A stretch of DNA of 63,323 nt, the filler included, from Reticulomyxa filosa (Eukaryota; Protista; Foraminifera), in the NCBI GenBank assembly GCA_000512085.1. It is 21 parts of 21 records of this genome, joined end to end, with 100 filler letters (N's around TTAATTAATTAA, not from the genome) between each part and the next. Parts side by side here need not be neighbours in the genome. Positions count along the whole stretch, not along the records: positions 45,139 to 49,495 come from ASPP01025723.1; positions 49,596 to 50,723 come from ASPP01035959.1; positions 50,824 to 53,641 come from ASPP01009786.1; positions 53,742 to 55,095 come from ASPP01012325.1; positions 55,196 to 56,684 come from ASPP01039138.1; positions 56,785 to 61,427 come from ASPP01025565.1; positions 61,528 to 63,323 come from ASPP01012540.1; 14 more parts are not named here. One strand, written 5' to 3'. The notes below the pieces were generated by a model, which worked only from the letters and a program-made list of their open reading frames with translations, did not search any database and was not told the origin of the DNA. Position 1 is the first letter of the stretch. Each line of letters starts with the position of its first letter. This document shows positions 49,390 through 61,947 of this stretch, one piece after another. The position numbers and the translations under genes are program-made.

Positions 49390-50823
49390 CTAAACGTACG
49401 TACACAATAAGGATTAAGTTTTACGTATACATATACATACATATATGTATATGTATATGTATATGTATATTACATTGCAGCATTTTTTTTAAAAANNNNN
49501 NNNNNNNNNNNNNNNNNNNNNNNNNNNNNNNNNNNNNNNTTAATTAATTAANNNNNNNNNNNNNNNNNNNNNNNNNNNNNNNNNNNNNNNNNNNNTATCC
49601 TCAATGAAAACGTTTTTGTTGTCTCAAATACTTTTCAATTGGATATAATAATTCGATTTTACTTACTCACTTTTAAGGGAAAAAGAGGGAAAAGGGATCA
49701 AAATAAAAAATTATTTTATTAGGCCACTTTTGAGACCTATTATACGTATTTTATTGTTGTCATTTTTTTAATGTATTTTTTTTTTTAAGGCAAATTGGTT
49801 GCGTTTTTGCGGCAAAAGATGTTTCTTTTAGTTTTTTTTGTTGCACAGCACGAAAAAGGTGAAAAATAAAAAAAGGGAATACATAAACTAGTGAACGAGC
49901 GAACGACTTCGTGTTTCAAAGAACGTGCTCTTGAATATCTACAATATCGAGAAGAGTATAGATAATTGTAGCAGAATTAAATCTAAAATGCTTGTGAGAA
50001 GAACTGTTTTTTGTTTTTTAAAAATACTGTTAATATCCAATATTGTTTGGCACACAATAAGAAATTTTGTTATTATCAAAATGATGTATGCACCAGACAT
50101 ATTTCATAACAATAATGCAAATTTGGATCTTCCTTACACAATACAAGAATGAATAACAATACAAATCAAGTAACTATGGTAATAAGTATTTGCTGATACT
50201 ATAGTCTGATTGAAGGATATTTTGTGTTTACTCTGATTTTTTCTTGTTCGAAAGACTTTGTATGGTTTATCATTTTTTAGAAGTAATTTTTTTGAAAAAG
50301 ACCAAAAATTAAATCACATAGAAAAGAAAATCGCAGCCACAGGAAAATTATTTTTTTCAATTCAGCAACTATTATTTAAGTCAGTTATTATATTATTGAT
50401 TTGTTTTATCAAATGAAAATTATGTCAAATTATCAAAACATTATGCCACAAGGGAGATAGTCCCAACTTTTTTATTTTTTTAACTTTAATGCGCTCAAGG
50501 TTTCACCTACTTTGAAACAATCTGCATTAAATTAACACATACAAGCAAGAGAATCCAATGGTCCTGTTTCTTTCTTTAATTCTTTTGTAGCGCAACTTTT
50601 TTCTTTTGTGAAGTAACAAAAAGGGCAGTCTAATTATATCTTTAATTTATTCAGTAATTTGGATTCTGGTGCATGTGAGTTGAAAATGTACTGTTTGGCC
50701 AATAACATAGAAACGTTATACTTNNNNNNNNNNNNNNNNNNNNNNNNNNNNNNNNNNNNNNNNNNNNTTAATTAATTAANNNNNNNNNNNNNNNNNNNNN
50801 NNNNNNNNNNNNNNNNNNNNNNN

Positions 50824-52765
50824 ACTATCGACGATCATGACAATGAGAATAAATACGAAGAAAATGATGATGAAGATGGAGATGATGATGAAGATGGAGA
50901 TGATGATGAAGATGGAGATGATGGAGATGATGATGAAGACGATGATAACAATGGCAATGACAAGAAAGGGGTCAATAACAACATTGACATTGATGATAAA
51001 ACTAAAAAAGCGGTTGAGCAGTTGGACACTAAGAAAAAAAAATTATGGTTGGATAATGTCCACGTGATGCAGGTCAATGGGTTGGATGTTGAAAATATTG
51101 AAGAGATTGAAAACATTGAAGAAGCGGAGGAATATGAAGAAGATGATGATAATGAAGATGGTGATGATAATGAAGAGGAGGAGGAAAACCCTGAAGAAAA
51201 TGGAGCTGGTGACAAAAAAAAAACAAAGACTGATAAGACTGTCACAGATAACAAAGCCGATGCAACGAAAAACAAAAAAGATAACAAAAAAAGCACTTCA
51301 TCAACCAATAAAGAAAAAGTCAGCTATCAAGACACTATTGATCGAATCAAACTCAATTTACAAAGCATTGTGGAAGAAGGACAATTGTTTTGTTTTTTTT
51401 TCATTTTATTTTATTTTGTTGTTTTGTAATTTTTTATAAAAACAAACAAATCAACAAATTGACAACATGCACCACAGTGACGACGCAGAGGAGGAAGAGG
51501 AGGAAGAAGCAGGGAAAGAGGCTTCAGAAAATGATTCGGAGGAAGAACCACCACTGTTTGATATTGTGGAAACGGAAGATCGTGAAGGCTCCCCTGTCGC
51601 AAGGTTTGATCCTCAAATGTCATTCTTGGATAACCAATTCAATCGGCTACTTCAAGAAGACTACAACGATGACAACATTGGCGAATTGGATGACCAAAGC
51701 GAAGATTTGAGAGGGGACATTAACGCCAAAACGCGTCTTGGTGGTCGCCTTCATCGAAGCAAAGAATTCGACTCGTTTCAACGCACGGTCAAAAATCGTA
51801 AAAAAAGACGAAATCGAAATTTGGAAAAAACAGCCGTGAAATTTACCATCAAAACACTTCGTTTTGTTTATTTTTTTTTCTTCCAAGCGCGGAAAGGGGG
51901 AAAAACAGAAAGGAATGCTAATAAATAATAACAAAATATAAATATGAACAGGAGAAGAAGAGGAAGAAGCCAAAAAACAAAATGAAAAATACCTTTTGAA
52001 AAAAGGAGCATCTCAAAAAGATATAGATACCAATAAAAAAGAAAAAGAAAAAAAAAAAGATGATAGCAATGACAATGGTAATGATAATGACAATGAAAAT
52101 GATAATAAAAATGAAAAAGACGAAGTTGCGATAGAGACAACCTACGATAGCGAAGAAGAAATATTAATCAACAAAATGTTGGAAGAAGAATTCAAACGAC
52201 CCCCTAAAGAAATGTGGGATGCTGAAAGTATACTTTCTACTCGCACTAACCATGAAAATCATCCCTTTGAATTAGTTGTTCGCCACAACATGATAAATTG
52301 ATTCACCTTCACAACGAAAGTGGTATTCCCAAAAATATTCTGAAATGGGAACAAAGAAAACAGGAATTGCTCCAAAATGTATTGCAAAATATTGAGGAAG
52401 ATGCACCCAATGAGAATCATGAACAATCGGGTGAAATCCATGACAAACTCTTTAATTTTGGAAATTTAACTGATAATCTTAAAAAAGTGGATGATGTTCC
52501 TACCACAAATGACTCCCAAAAAATTGAAACTGAGAATGTAGTTAGCAATGATGACCCATCTCAAAATAATCCAAAACAGAAATCCACTGTAAAAGAAACT
52601 AAAGAAGAAAAGAAAAAAAGAAAAGCAGTTGGTCAAAACGACGAAAAGAATGTCTCGACAAAGAAAAAAACAAACTCAAAGAAAGACTTCAAAGCTCAAG
52701 AAACCCAACAAAGGAAACAGCACGTTGGCGCGGTCCAAAGTCATTCAGACGCATATCGATTGTAG
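50824..52765 (+). CDS. LTV1: LTV1 40S biogenesis factor, C-terminal part (introns and homopolymer frameshifts)
   Basis: YNDDNIGELDD, WDAESILSTRTNHENHP (LTV1 WDCESILSTYSN.YNHP) and KETKEEKKKRKAV; acidic low-complexity N-part. Confidence 0.85.
50866..50919 (+). repeat. 18-bp coding repeat GATGATGAAGATGGAGAT x3 (DDEDGD)
   Basis: Read directly from the sequence. Confidence 0.9.
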
Positions 52766-53410
52766 AGTGTATCACAAACCAATGCTTTTTTTGAATTATT
52801 TTTTGGCAATTATTTGTAGTTCTTACTTGTTTCTCTGATGGATTGATCTTATTTTTGTCATTAATTCAATCTTTTTATTTTCAATTAAAATAATAAAAGT
52901 AAATAATCTACTAATCTTCAATCAATTTTATTTCTTTATTAAAAAAAAAAATGAAAAAAGAAAGACCACATTGTTGTCACATCTGACATAATTTGTGGAT
53001 ATTAGTTACTGTTTTTATCGCATGATGAAGATGTGCGTTGTATTGTGATAATATTGTCGTGTCAATACATCATCAAGGAATTTAGACATACATTAGATTG
53101 CATAATCTTTTTTTAAAAAAATATCTACTAATCTTGTAGTTTTTAAATATTAAATTTTTTTTTTTGCTAATTTTCTTTATTGTTGATATTCTTAATTGAC
53201 ATTTCAAAATTTTGAAACATTTGATTGCTTTTAAGAAAAGAGTTACCGTTAGTATGCGGTTGATGGAGCTAGCATTCGATCTGTAGCAAAGAAATTTAAT
53301 ATAAGCATAGCTTCGTTTTTTGCTGTCGTCATATAGATGTAATGGAACCGTAAAAAGAAAAGCTGGATCTGGCAGGAAGAGAAGATTCATAATGTTACAA
53401 AACTAAAAAA

Positions 53411-53626
53411 ATGATTGGTTTAAAGAAAATAATAAAACTGATAAATTTTCATCATAATTCACCAGACCTAAATCCAATTGAAAGCATTTGGTGGATAATT
53501 AAAGTAAAATTGTATAAAGGCGAAAATATTAACAACAAACAATAACTTTGTAAAAAATTTTTAAAAATATTTGAAAAAACTGACACTAAACTATGTTAAG
53601 CTTTAGTTGAGCCAACGCCACAAGAA
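53411..53626 (+). mobile_element. Tc1/IS630-type DDE transposase remnant
   Basis: NSPDLNPIESIWWIIKVKL at about 53456-53512 is the SPDLNPIE motif carrying the catalytic Glu; surrounded by stops and frameshifts. Confidence 0.8.
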
Positions 53627-53881
53627 AAATCAACAAAATATNNNNNNNNNNNNNNNNNNNNNNNNNNNNNNNNNNNNNNNNNNNNTTAATTAATTAANNN
53701 NNNNNNNNNNNNNNNNNNNNNNNNNNNNNNNNNNNNNNNNNAAAAATTGTGGTTGCATTTCAATTCTCACGGTAGTTTGCAAGTTTAAAAAAGGTTTATG
53801 TATTGTGTTGTGTGTAGAAGTAAGTAAAATGAAGGATGGAAAAAAAAAAAAAAAGATATAAAAAGTTCCACAGAACACTAC

Positions 53882-54977
53882 CTCTTTTGTGTATTCAAAT
53901 AGACATTGGAGACGGAATCGCCTGGCTCTCGGTCTTTCCCTTGGGCAACAATCATGGCATTGTTAAAGAACTGACGTACCGATTCTTCATCGGCATTGTG
54001 CGGTAGACTCCCCACGTAGATACGCTTTGACGCGCGCGACGCATGTAAGTAGTTGCTCTGTTGCATGGCATCGGCCAGGTCCTGTTCTCCTCCGCCCATT
54101 CCGTTTTCGCTGGCAAGTCTCGCATTGTCTCCGTTTTGCGTTCCGACCGCCTCCTTCGACGCTGCGGCGCTGGCCTCTTTCATCTTCGACAGCAACGCGG
54201 CCAAAGGGTTGACAGCCAACAGAGGTGCCGTCGGAACAGTCTTGGGAATGGCATCACCCGACGTCGAAGAGGATGCAGAAGAAGAGGAGGAAGAAGAAGA
54301 AGCGGAAGAAGCAGAAGATCCCAACATGGCTCCGCCCGCAGCGCTAATTCCAAGAGGAATATTAGGCTGTCCCACTTTCTTCAAAAGCGGATTGTTCAAG
54401 GCCATGATCAAAGGATTGGTGGTGGCGGTAGCGACGGCAGCAGCCACCGCCAAAGGATTGGCCCCTCTTGCAGTTAACGCCAGCCCAGGTTCGATCACCG
54501 GCTCGATCTTTGTATCGTCTTTGGCAGTGGCATTGGCCTTCTTTGGACCCTCGCGACTATGGCTGCGATTGCGACCGTGGCCATGTCCGTGACTGCGACT
54601 GCGACTGTGACTTTGCCGACTCGAGCTCCTGTGCATGTCTTGCTGAGCAGCAGACCCACCTGCACCCAAAGAAGAAGACGACAAGGACGAAGAAGCACCG
54701 CCCATAGTCGTACCAACCGAGGTCAGAGGCGCGGATAGCAGTCCTGCGTGAGCTCCGCTCATGCGTTGAGCAATGACTGTCATATTGGTCGCGTTGACCG
54801 GGTTTTTGTACAAATCCTTGTTGTGAGGGTTCGTCACTGCCGCCGCCGCCGCGTTGGCTGCTGCCGCTGCTGCGCTGCTGAAATAGGGATTGTCAGGCGA
54901 GGGCTGCCAAGGATTTACTGGGATTTTTTGGGCGTCGCACATTTCCGGCGTCATGTCCCAATAACTCACCAATGATC
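53882..54977 (-). CDS. U2AF2: Splicing factor U2AF large subunit (U2AF65), internal exon
   Basis: SYWDMTPE (ULM Trp, cf. KYWDVPP) and RRM1 start RASKRIYVGSLP..ADEESVRQFFNNAM...PGDSV..VYLN. Confidence 0.85.
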
Positions 54978-55055
54978 CTTTTTTTTTTTTTTAATTCAAT
55001 TTGATTTCATTTTATTCGACTTCAAAAAAAAAAAAAAAAAAAAAATTGTAAACCC

Positions 55056-55095
<40 letters not shown>

Positions 55096-56877
55096 NNNNN
55101 NNNNNNNNNNNNNNNNNNNNNNNNNNNNNNNNNNNNNNNTTAATTAATTAANNNNNNNNNNNNNNNNNNNNNNNNNNNNNNNNNNNNNNNNNNNNTCATA
55201 TCAATTTGATTGCATTCACACATAACCCAAAATGAACTACTTTGCATATTGCAATCACATTTCACACCATTCAACTTTGAATTTTCCATGTAGCCTAATG
55301 AACGATGTTTCACGCAAAGTAATCTTTTCTTGAGTTATTTTCTTTTTCACTTGACAAAGGATCGCACAGTCTGGCCCTTTTGATTGTAATAACTGCAGGC
55401 ATCGTCATATGAGGCTGTTTCACTTGATTAGAGATGAGATTTATTCACTTCTTAATGCTATTTTGTTTTATATTAATCAAATGTGAGCTACCTTCTTACA
55501 TTAGCGATTCCAAAATTTTTTGAGTGTAATTGGGATTCATCACGTTGGAATTGACCGTTTGAAGCCTGGTTCAACTTGTACATGATACAATGTGCGATCG
55601 TTATCAAAGATACATGGGTTCTCGAAACACAATCCACAACAACTACTTCTATGCCACACATATCTTTGACAGCATTGCAATGCAGACCAATCACGCTTAT
55701 TCCACCACATGCGAAATACTTTCGGTGCATATGCAAAGATTTTCCTCTGGATATGCGTCCACTGGATCATACATTTCGTTATCCAAAAACGCGAACGATT
55801 CAGCTCAGTTCTCCAAATCTGTATATCACAAACAATGTACCTTAATGACAACTTTCAATTTGTTTTTTTTTAAGTTTTTTTTGAATTAAAATAACTGTAA
55901 AATCAATGCGTAGTAATATCCGGAACAATCACAATATCTATTTCAATATCTTACAACGCGTCCACAAATGTCCATTTAATGTAGCAAATCTTTTTGATTG
56001 AATTGATATTCCTTTCTTGTAAATGATTTCACGCAAACTTTTTTTCATTTTCCGCATATGTGTAAAAATAAATGCTTATTTTAACATTACAAAAAGAAAT
56101 TGGAAAACAATCAAAGATTGTATGTAAAATAGAAAAATGAGAATATAAGATATTTTTTTATATATTAAACTTGTCGCCGCTCGCTTTACTGTACTATTTT
56201 TTATTTTAAACAAGTCAATATGAAAAGTGTTTATTTGTTTTTTTACTCAACTTATAATTATTAATATCCACGTATATAATAATTTTGGAGTCATGCTCCA
56301 ACGTTTAAATAAAAAATTAAATTTTCAGTTTTTTCTCTTTCTCTTTTTTTTATACGTCTTTTTTTTTTTTTAAATTTATTATTACCTTCTTTTTTATTTT
56401 TTCTTTATATCATAATAATTTTTTTTTCTAATTTCTTTCAATTTTTTTTCTCATTTTCCAATTATCTATTTTTTCCCACCCTTTTCAATTTTCCTTTTTT
56501 TCCCATCTTTTTATATTATCTTTTTTTTATCAATTATTCTACATTTTTTTCCCACTACAACCATCCCCATCGCTCACTCTTTATAAAATTTCTTTTTTTA
56601 AAAAATTCATTTGGATCATGTTGTACCTATTACATAAACAAAAAAAATTATTTATATATTTTTAGATAACACAAGAAAAAATATNNNNNNNNNNNNNNNN
56701 NNNNNNNNNNNNNNNNNNNNNNNNNNNNTTAATTAATTAANNNNNNNNNNNNNNNNNNNNNNNNNNNNNNNNNNNNNNNNNNNNTATCTATAAATATTTA
56801 TTTATTTATTTTTTATACGTACTTGCATGTTATATAAATAAGTATTTTGTATCTCAAAAAAAAAAAAAAAAAAAAAG

Positions 56878-57150
56878 GTTGCCAATGAGAAGATAATTAT
56901 AAATAGCCAACTCGAAAAAGATTTGAAAGACTATTTGAAAAAGATACTGCAATTGTTTTTATTCGCAGAAGTATTCACTTTTATCTGCTACTCGATTGGA
57001 GCTGTTCCTAGCTGGAATGAAGCCCTTTGGTCGTTCGTGGTCATCGACCTCTGTGTCAATTGCTCCACTATGTTGTTGTCATTCAGTTTTGCAAAGCCCG
57101 TTTTTGATACCATTTGTTTGTGCACATTCGCTAATGGCAATGCAATGTAA
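56878..57150 (+). CDS. Orphan 7TM family paralog, last exon (TM6-7)
   Basis: LKDYLKKILQLF..AE..F..Y...WS...IDLCVN...MLLSFSFAK..F...C is colinear with 35723-35472 and has the same phase-0 intron position. Confidence 0.8.
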   Translation, partial: VANEKIIINSQLEKDLKDYLKKILQLFLFAEVFTFICYSIGAVPSWNEALWSFVVIDLCVNCSTMLLSFSFAKPVFDTICLCTFANGNAM

Positions 57151-58149
57151 TACGCGTAAGTACATTGTGTATGTGTGTCGACGTGTTATGAAGAGCTTTT
57201 ATTTTGCAAAAATGAACATCCTTTCGCAAGTTTTTTTCTTCTTTTTGTGTTTTATCTTCTTGTTGATGCATTTGTGATTGGCTCATATTTTTCCTCGTTT
57301 TTGTAAATTTACACAATTTATCTTTTCATCTTACCTTTCAGACTTTTTATTTTTTTGCTCGCAACAATTATTTTTGTCAAAAAAAAGGGACATTAATTAA
57401 ATTCTAAGTGAATTTTTAATCTGGTTCATTTTCCTTAAAATGTTATTACTTGTCCACATCAAGAACGCTCAGAATTGTAAATATTTTTTTCAACACAAAT
57501 ATAACTGACTAATTCCCTTTTCAGTAGCAGTTATCTCAATACAATTTTAAATATTCCTAAAGAAACAAAGGACTACTCTAAAAAAGTATTGTAAAAACGA
57601 AAGCTTGTTACCGTGTCTGCATACATTTAATTTTATTACCAGCAATCAATTGAAAAAGGGGTATTTAAGTAACAAAATAAAAAGCTGTTTTACCAACGAT
57701 ACAATATTTTATTATTTTACTTAAACATATAAAAAATAAAGAGCAAATTAGAAGAAAGAAAGATCAACGAATTGAAGAATTCAGAACAGGAACAAAAAAT
57801 CATTTTGTTTTATTTCATATCTCTTTGTTTGAAATGATAAATAGAAACAAGAACAAGAAAATGTACTAAATAAAATTAATGGAAGTAACAAAGGAAATCA
57901 AGAAAACTTCAAATCGTTACAAACCACATTCAGAAATTCGAATATTAAAACCTCCACAATTAAAAGGAATAAATGAGAAGAAATCAATTCCAAAAATGAT
58001 ACCCAATTAAATTTGTTAACTTTGTTAATTCAATCCGAAGGAAATGAAAAGCAATCTATTTATGTTATTTTATTTGAATATTTTAAGAAACACATTATGC
58101 GTGAAATGAATCCAGCAAGTTGTTTTGATGTTATATCATTTAAAAGAAT

Positions 58150-58540
58150 CAAGAAAACTAATTCTAACATTAAATGGATATTCTAATAGAATACAAGGAA
58201 TAAAATTTTTATCAGATGGCTCCAAAATTTTTTCATATTCATTGGATAAAACTATTTGAATATGGGACATATCTTCAGAAAACAAGTTCAAATATTAGAA
58301 GAGCACAAAGGAGGCATTAATTGTATTCATTTATCACCCGACGGTCAAAACTGATGTCAGGTTCTAGTGACAAAACAATTCGACTATGGAATAGTAATAA
58401 TGGTAAAATTGCTGATATAACTGAGACTGGTGAATTGTATTTGGAGAGTATGCATTCAAAGTAATTTATTAATGAATAACGTATTTGGAAGGACACAAAT
58501 GGTTTGAAAGATGAACAAAAACTGCCAGTGAAAATTAAAA
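58150..58540 (+). pseudogene. Decayed C-terminal remnant of the NACHT-pentapeptide-WD40 family
   Basis: SDKTIRLWNSNNGKIADITET..NCIWRV.IQS.L.M...IWKDTNGLKDEQKL matches the end of the 6187-9219 protein; multiple stops and frameshifts. Confidence 0.8.
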
Positions 58541-58980
58541 AATTTTGGAAAATAAACAAAGTACAATGAAGAAAATATATTCATTGTTCAGAAAAAAAGA
58601 TACTCTAAAGTTTCTTTGAATGTTCAAGATAAAGAATGTTTGATCAAATTATTCCAACATTTGCGTCATGCATGCCTAGTCTTTAATTACAGTTGAGAAT
58701 ACTACCTCTGATGATTGGGAGTTAGAAGTAACGCTTTTATGTCGGAATACCAAATTAATTAATTAAATAAATGATTATAAATTCTTTAACATTCGTAAAA
58801 TAATAAAGACATGCACACAAAAAAAAGAATGTTATCAAGGAAATAATTTTGAACTTAGTAATCATTCTTTTGATGTGATAACAATTGCAAATCGAAAGAA
58901 ATGTGAAAGTATGTATGTTAATTAGTGAAGAAAAATTATTTGATTCACTCAAAAAGAATACAATAAATTTTTAAATAGTG

Positions 58981-59909
58981 CTATTCCCAAATACGAATTA
59001 GACCACTGCCCGAACCATAAACCATACTGATTCCACAGCTACTTTCATTATCGTTTTTTCTGATTTTTTTTAATTGTAGGAATTTAAGACAGAATATTCC
59101 ATCATCTTCTTTCTCATCTCCTTTGATCATATACAATTGATTCTTATTTGATCGAATATCCCAAAAAACGAATAGTATTATCCCATGACCCAGAGCATAT
59201 CACATTTGAACTACCACATCACAAAATCTTCATGTCCTTTGAATACAATCATTTGTTTGGTTTGTTTCAATATCCCATACGCGAATAGTTTTATCGTATG
59301 ATCCAGAACAAATGGTATATCCATTTCCACCTATCACACCAATACTGTTACATTTATTATTATCATTCTTGTAATTGTCATTACTTTGCAATGGTGAAAT
59401 ATCCACACATTTAACAGGATTTGTATGTCCATTGAAAAAATGTAATGCTTTGGATACTTCGATATCCCATAGACAAATAGTATTGTCACCAGACGCAGAA
59501 CACAAATATCGACCAACACTAAATGGTGAAAATTCAATTCCACCAATCCAATCTGTGTGTCCAGTGAAAGTCTTAAGTAATTTGAATGATGGACAAAATA
59601 TCTAAAACATGAAGAAGTTAGTTGCCTATATTAAATCGTGAACATAATGAAAACAATAAATAAGTATTTGCTATTTGTTATAAAATAAATATGCTCAACA
59701 TATTTAACGATAATTCTATCAAAATCTTGGATCCATCCTAATTTGATGTTTAATATTCTAACCCAATATTTAATAATTACTTTGATTTCCTCTTCTATTG
59801 ATAGATTTTTCTGAAATCACAACCAATTCAATCTTAAAGGACAGCTCTCTAGGATTGGTTGAATGAAACGTACCACCGGTTGCTGTAGTGCACTGACTAG
59901 ATTTCCCAT
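58981..59909 (-). pseudogene. WD40 gene with the N-terminal module; in-frame TAG and frameshifts
   Basis: MGNLVSALQQPV / EEEIKVIIKYWVRILNIKLGWIQDFDRIIVKY / ATNFFMF*IF...FTGHTDWIGGIEFSPF...GGNGYTICSGSYDKTIRVWD. Confidence 0.85.
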
Positions 59910-60336
59910 TTTTCAACTTTTGCTACTTTTTCTCTTGAGCTTCTCTTAGATGATGAATATGACACAGATTTAACTTATAAACTTTTTTCCTATTCGTAAA
60001 GGGACTTGTCAAACTTTGACAATGTACAGATCAAAATCTTTGTTATGTTGTATATTTCTTGTGTTAACACAAAAAATAAGTTACTAGAAGTTGAAATTAA
60101 AATTATTTTAATAACTATTGAATCACAGTATTTGCCACATTACATTGGGTTATTAAATAAATGAATTGATATCCAGAAATAAATACCTGAATGACATTTG
60201 AAAATTTCATTATCAAAAGCTTTTTGCCATGGACTATTTTCAGTAATCCAAGAAAGCTGTTTATCTCTTTATCAAAGGTAATAAGACATATTCTCATTTG
60301 TCTCCAAAAATATTTAAGCATTTGTTTGAACATAAC

Positions 60337-60396
60337 ATAATCGACAACAAGTTTGTCAAAATTATGGATTCATTCGAAGTGAATGTTAGGTATTGT
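60337..60396 (-). pseudogene. Solo remnant of the WD40 N-terminal module exon
   Basis: NIHFE*IHNFDKLVVDY followed by GTTATG, versus NIKLGWIQDFDRIIVKY followed by GTT in the paralogs. Confidence 0.6.
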
Positions 60397-60665
60397 ACAA
60401 AATCGAAAAAAAGAATGAATTGAGGAAAACGAGAGATTGTATAATTGGAATTCAATGTCTAAAACTCAAAAAAGTCGCCTTAACAATTTTTGCCATTTAA
60501 TTAAGGATGTGTTTTGCATCGTCATTCTTCAATGAAGAGGGTTGTGACATATCAAACATAAACATGAAGTTTTGTTTTTTTGTTAGTGTGACCTTGAATG
60601 AAAAAGGTTCAAACATTTTTTTATCTTGCATCATCTAAGGCTAGCTCAAAAGAGAAAAAAAAGGA

Positions 60666-61427
60666 ATGGCCACTTATAGCAACAAAAAACAAGCTTTAAC
60701 ACAACCAGTATTGGTAATCTTTATTTCAATCTTCCAAAAAAATTAATTGTTTTACCGTCATATTTGTTGTGTGACTTATGGTTAAACCAGTCAGAAGAAG
60801 ATATCCAAGCGATTATCAAGAATTGGATTCGAAGATTAAAGATTAAACTAGGATGGATTAATGACTTTGGCAAACTTGTTGCCAATTATGTTATGTTTTA
60901 TTTTCGTTCAATCACAAATGTATATTTGTCACAATATTTATTATTACATTCTAACACAGGCAGGAATTTTCTTCATACTTGACACATTTCGTTCGTCATC
61001 CAAATTGCTCAATACATTCACTGAACATAATACTTGTGTGAATAGTATTGACTATTCAATATTTGATTGTAGTCGATTTATTTGCTCTGGGTCAGATGAT
61101 AAAACAGTTCGTGTATGGGATGTTGATAACAACAAACAAATTCAACCATTCAATCAAAATTCAAGTTATGTAAGTTGTGTGAAATTTTCATCATATCATT
61201 ATCATAGTCATCGTCAAAATGTCATTTGTTTTTCATCAAGTGACGACACTATTCATTTTTGGGATTTCAAAAATAATCAACAATTACAAATGTTCAATGG
61301 ACACACTGGTAGTGTTTATGGTATCGAATTTTCACCATTTAATGGTGGTCGATATTTATGTTCTGGATCATTAGACAACACAATTCGTTTATGGGATGTC
61401 AAAACATCAAAATACATTACATTATTT
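60666..61427 (+). CDS. WD40 protein with the N-terminal module, spliced, 3' truncated
   Basis: MATYSNKKQALTQPVL / SEEDIQAIIKNWIRRLKIKLGWINDFGKLVANY / AGIFFILDTF...ICSGSDDKTVRVWD...NGGRYLCSGSLDNTIRLWD. Confidence 0.85.
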
Positions 61428-61527
61428 NNNNNNNNNNNNNNNNNNNNNNNNNNNNNNNNNNNNNNNNNNNNTTAATTAATTAANNNNNNNNNNNNNNNNN
61501 NNNNNNNNNNNNNNNNNNNNNNNNNNN

Positions 61528-61932
61528 TTCCTGGGTCAGGATGTGCAGTACCTGGTGATCAGGCGGGATCGACACCGCACGCGCCGTCTCGATCACGCGG
61601 TCGATATCGGCCTGGGTCACCTCACGGTCCTTGATCGCCACCATGCCGTGTGAATTCACGCCCTTGATGTGGCTGCCCGCGATGCCGGTGTACACCTCGT
61701 TGATCTTGCAGTCGGCCATCAGCTGCGCTTCTTCCAGCGCACGCTGGATGGCCTGCACGGTAGATTCGATATTCACCACCATGCCGCGCTTCAGACCACG
61801 CGAGGGCACCTGGCCCATACCGATGATGTTCAGGCGGCCTTCTTCCAGCACTTCGGCGACGATCGCGACGATCTTCGAGGTGCCGATATCCAGGCCCACC
61901 AGCATGTTTTTGCTTTCCTTAGGTTTGCTCAC
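61528..61932 (-). CDS. ftsA: Cell division protein FtsA, N-terminal part (GTG start after GGAG)
   Basis: VGLDIGTSKIVAIV, GLKRGMVVNIE, GIAGSHI; truncated by the spacer. Confidence 0.97.
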
Positions 61933-61947
61933 CTGTCGCTCCAACGC

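Noticed and set aside
50555-50610. Nudix-box-like CATKELKKETG on the minus strand
   Set aside because: Too short, key Glu residues missing, and no supporting frame.
55488-55889. Overlapping 80-100 aa ORFs on both strands
   Set aside because: No recognisable motif or consistent frame; possibly a relic, but not supportable.
59600-59610. Stop-codon reassignment suggested by an in-frame TAG in a WD40 gene
   Set aside because: TAA, TAG and TGA all terminate conserved genes here (RPF2, LTV1, Bud32), and this copy also has frameshifts.
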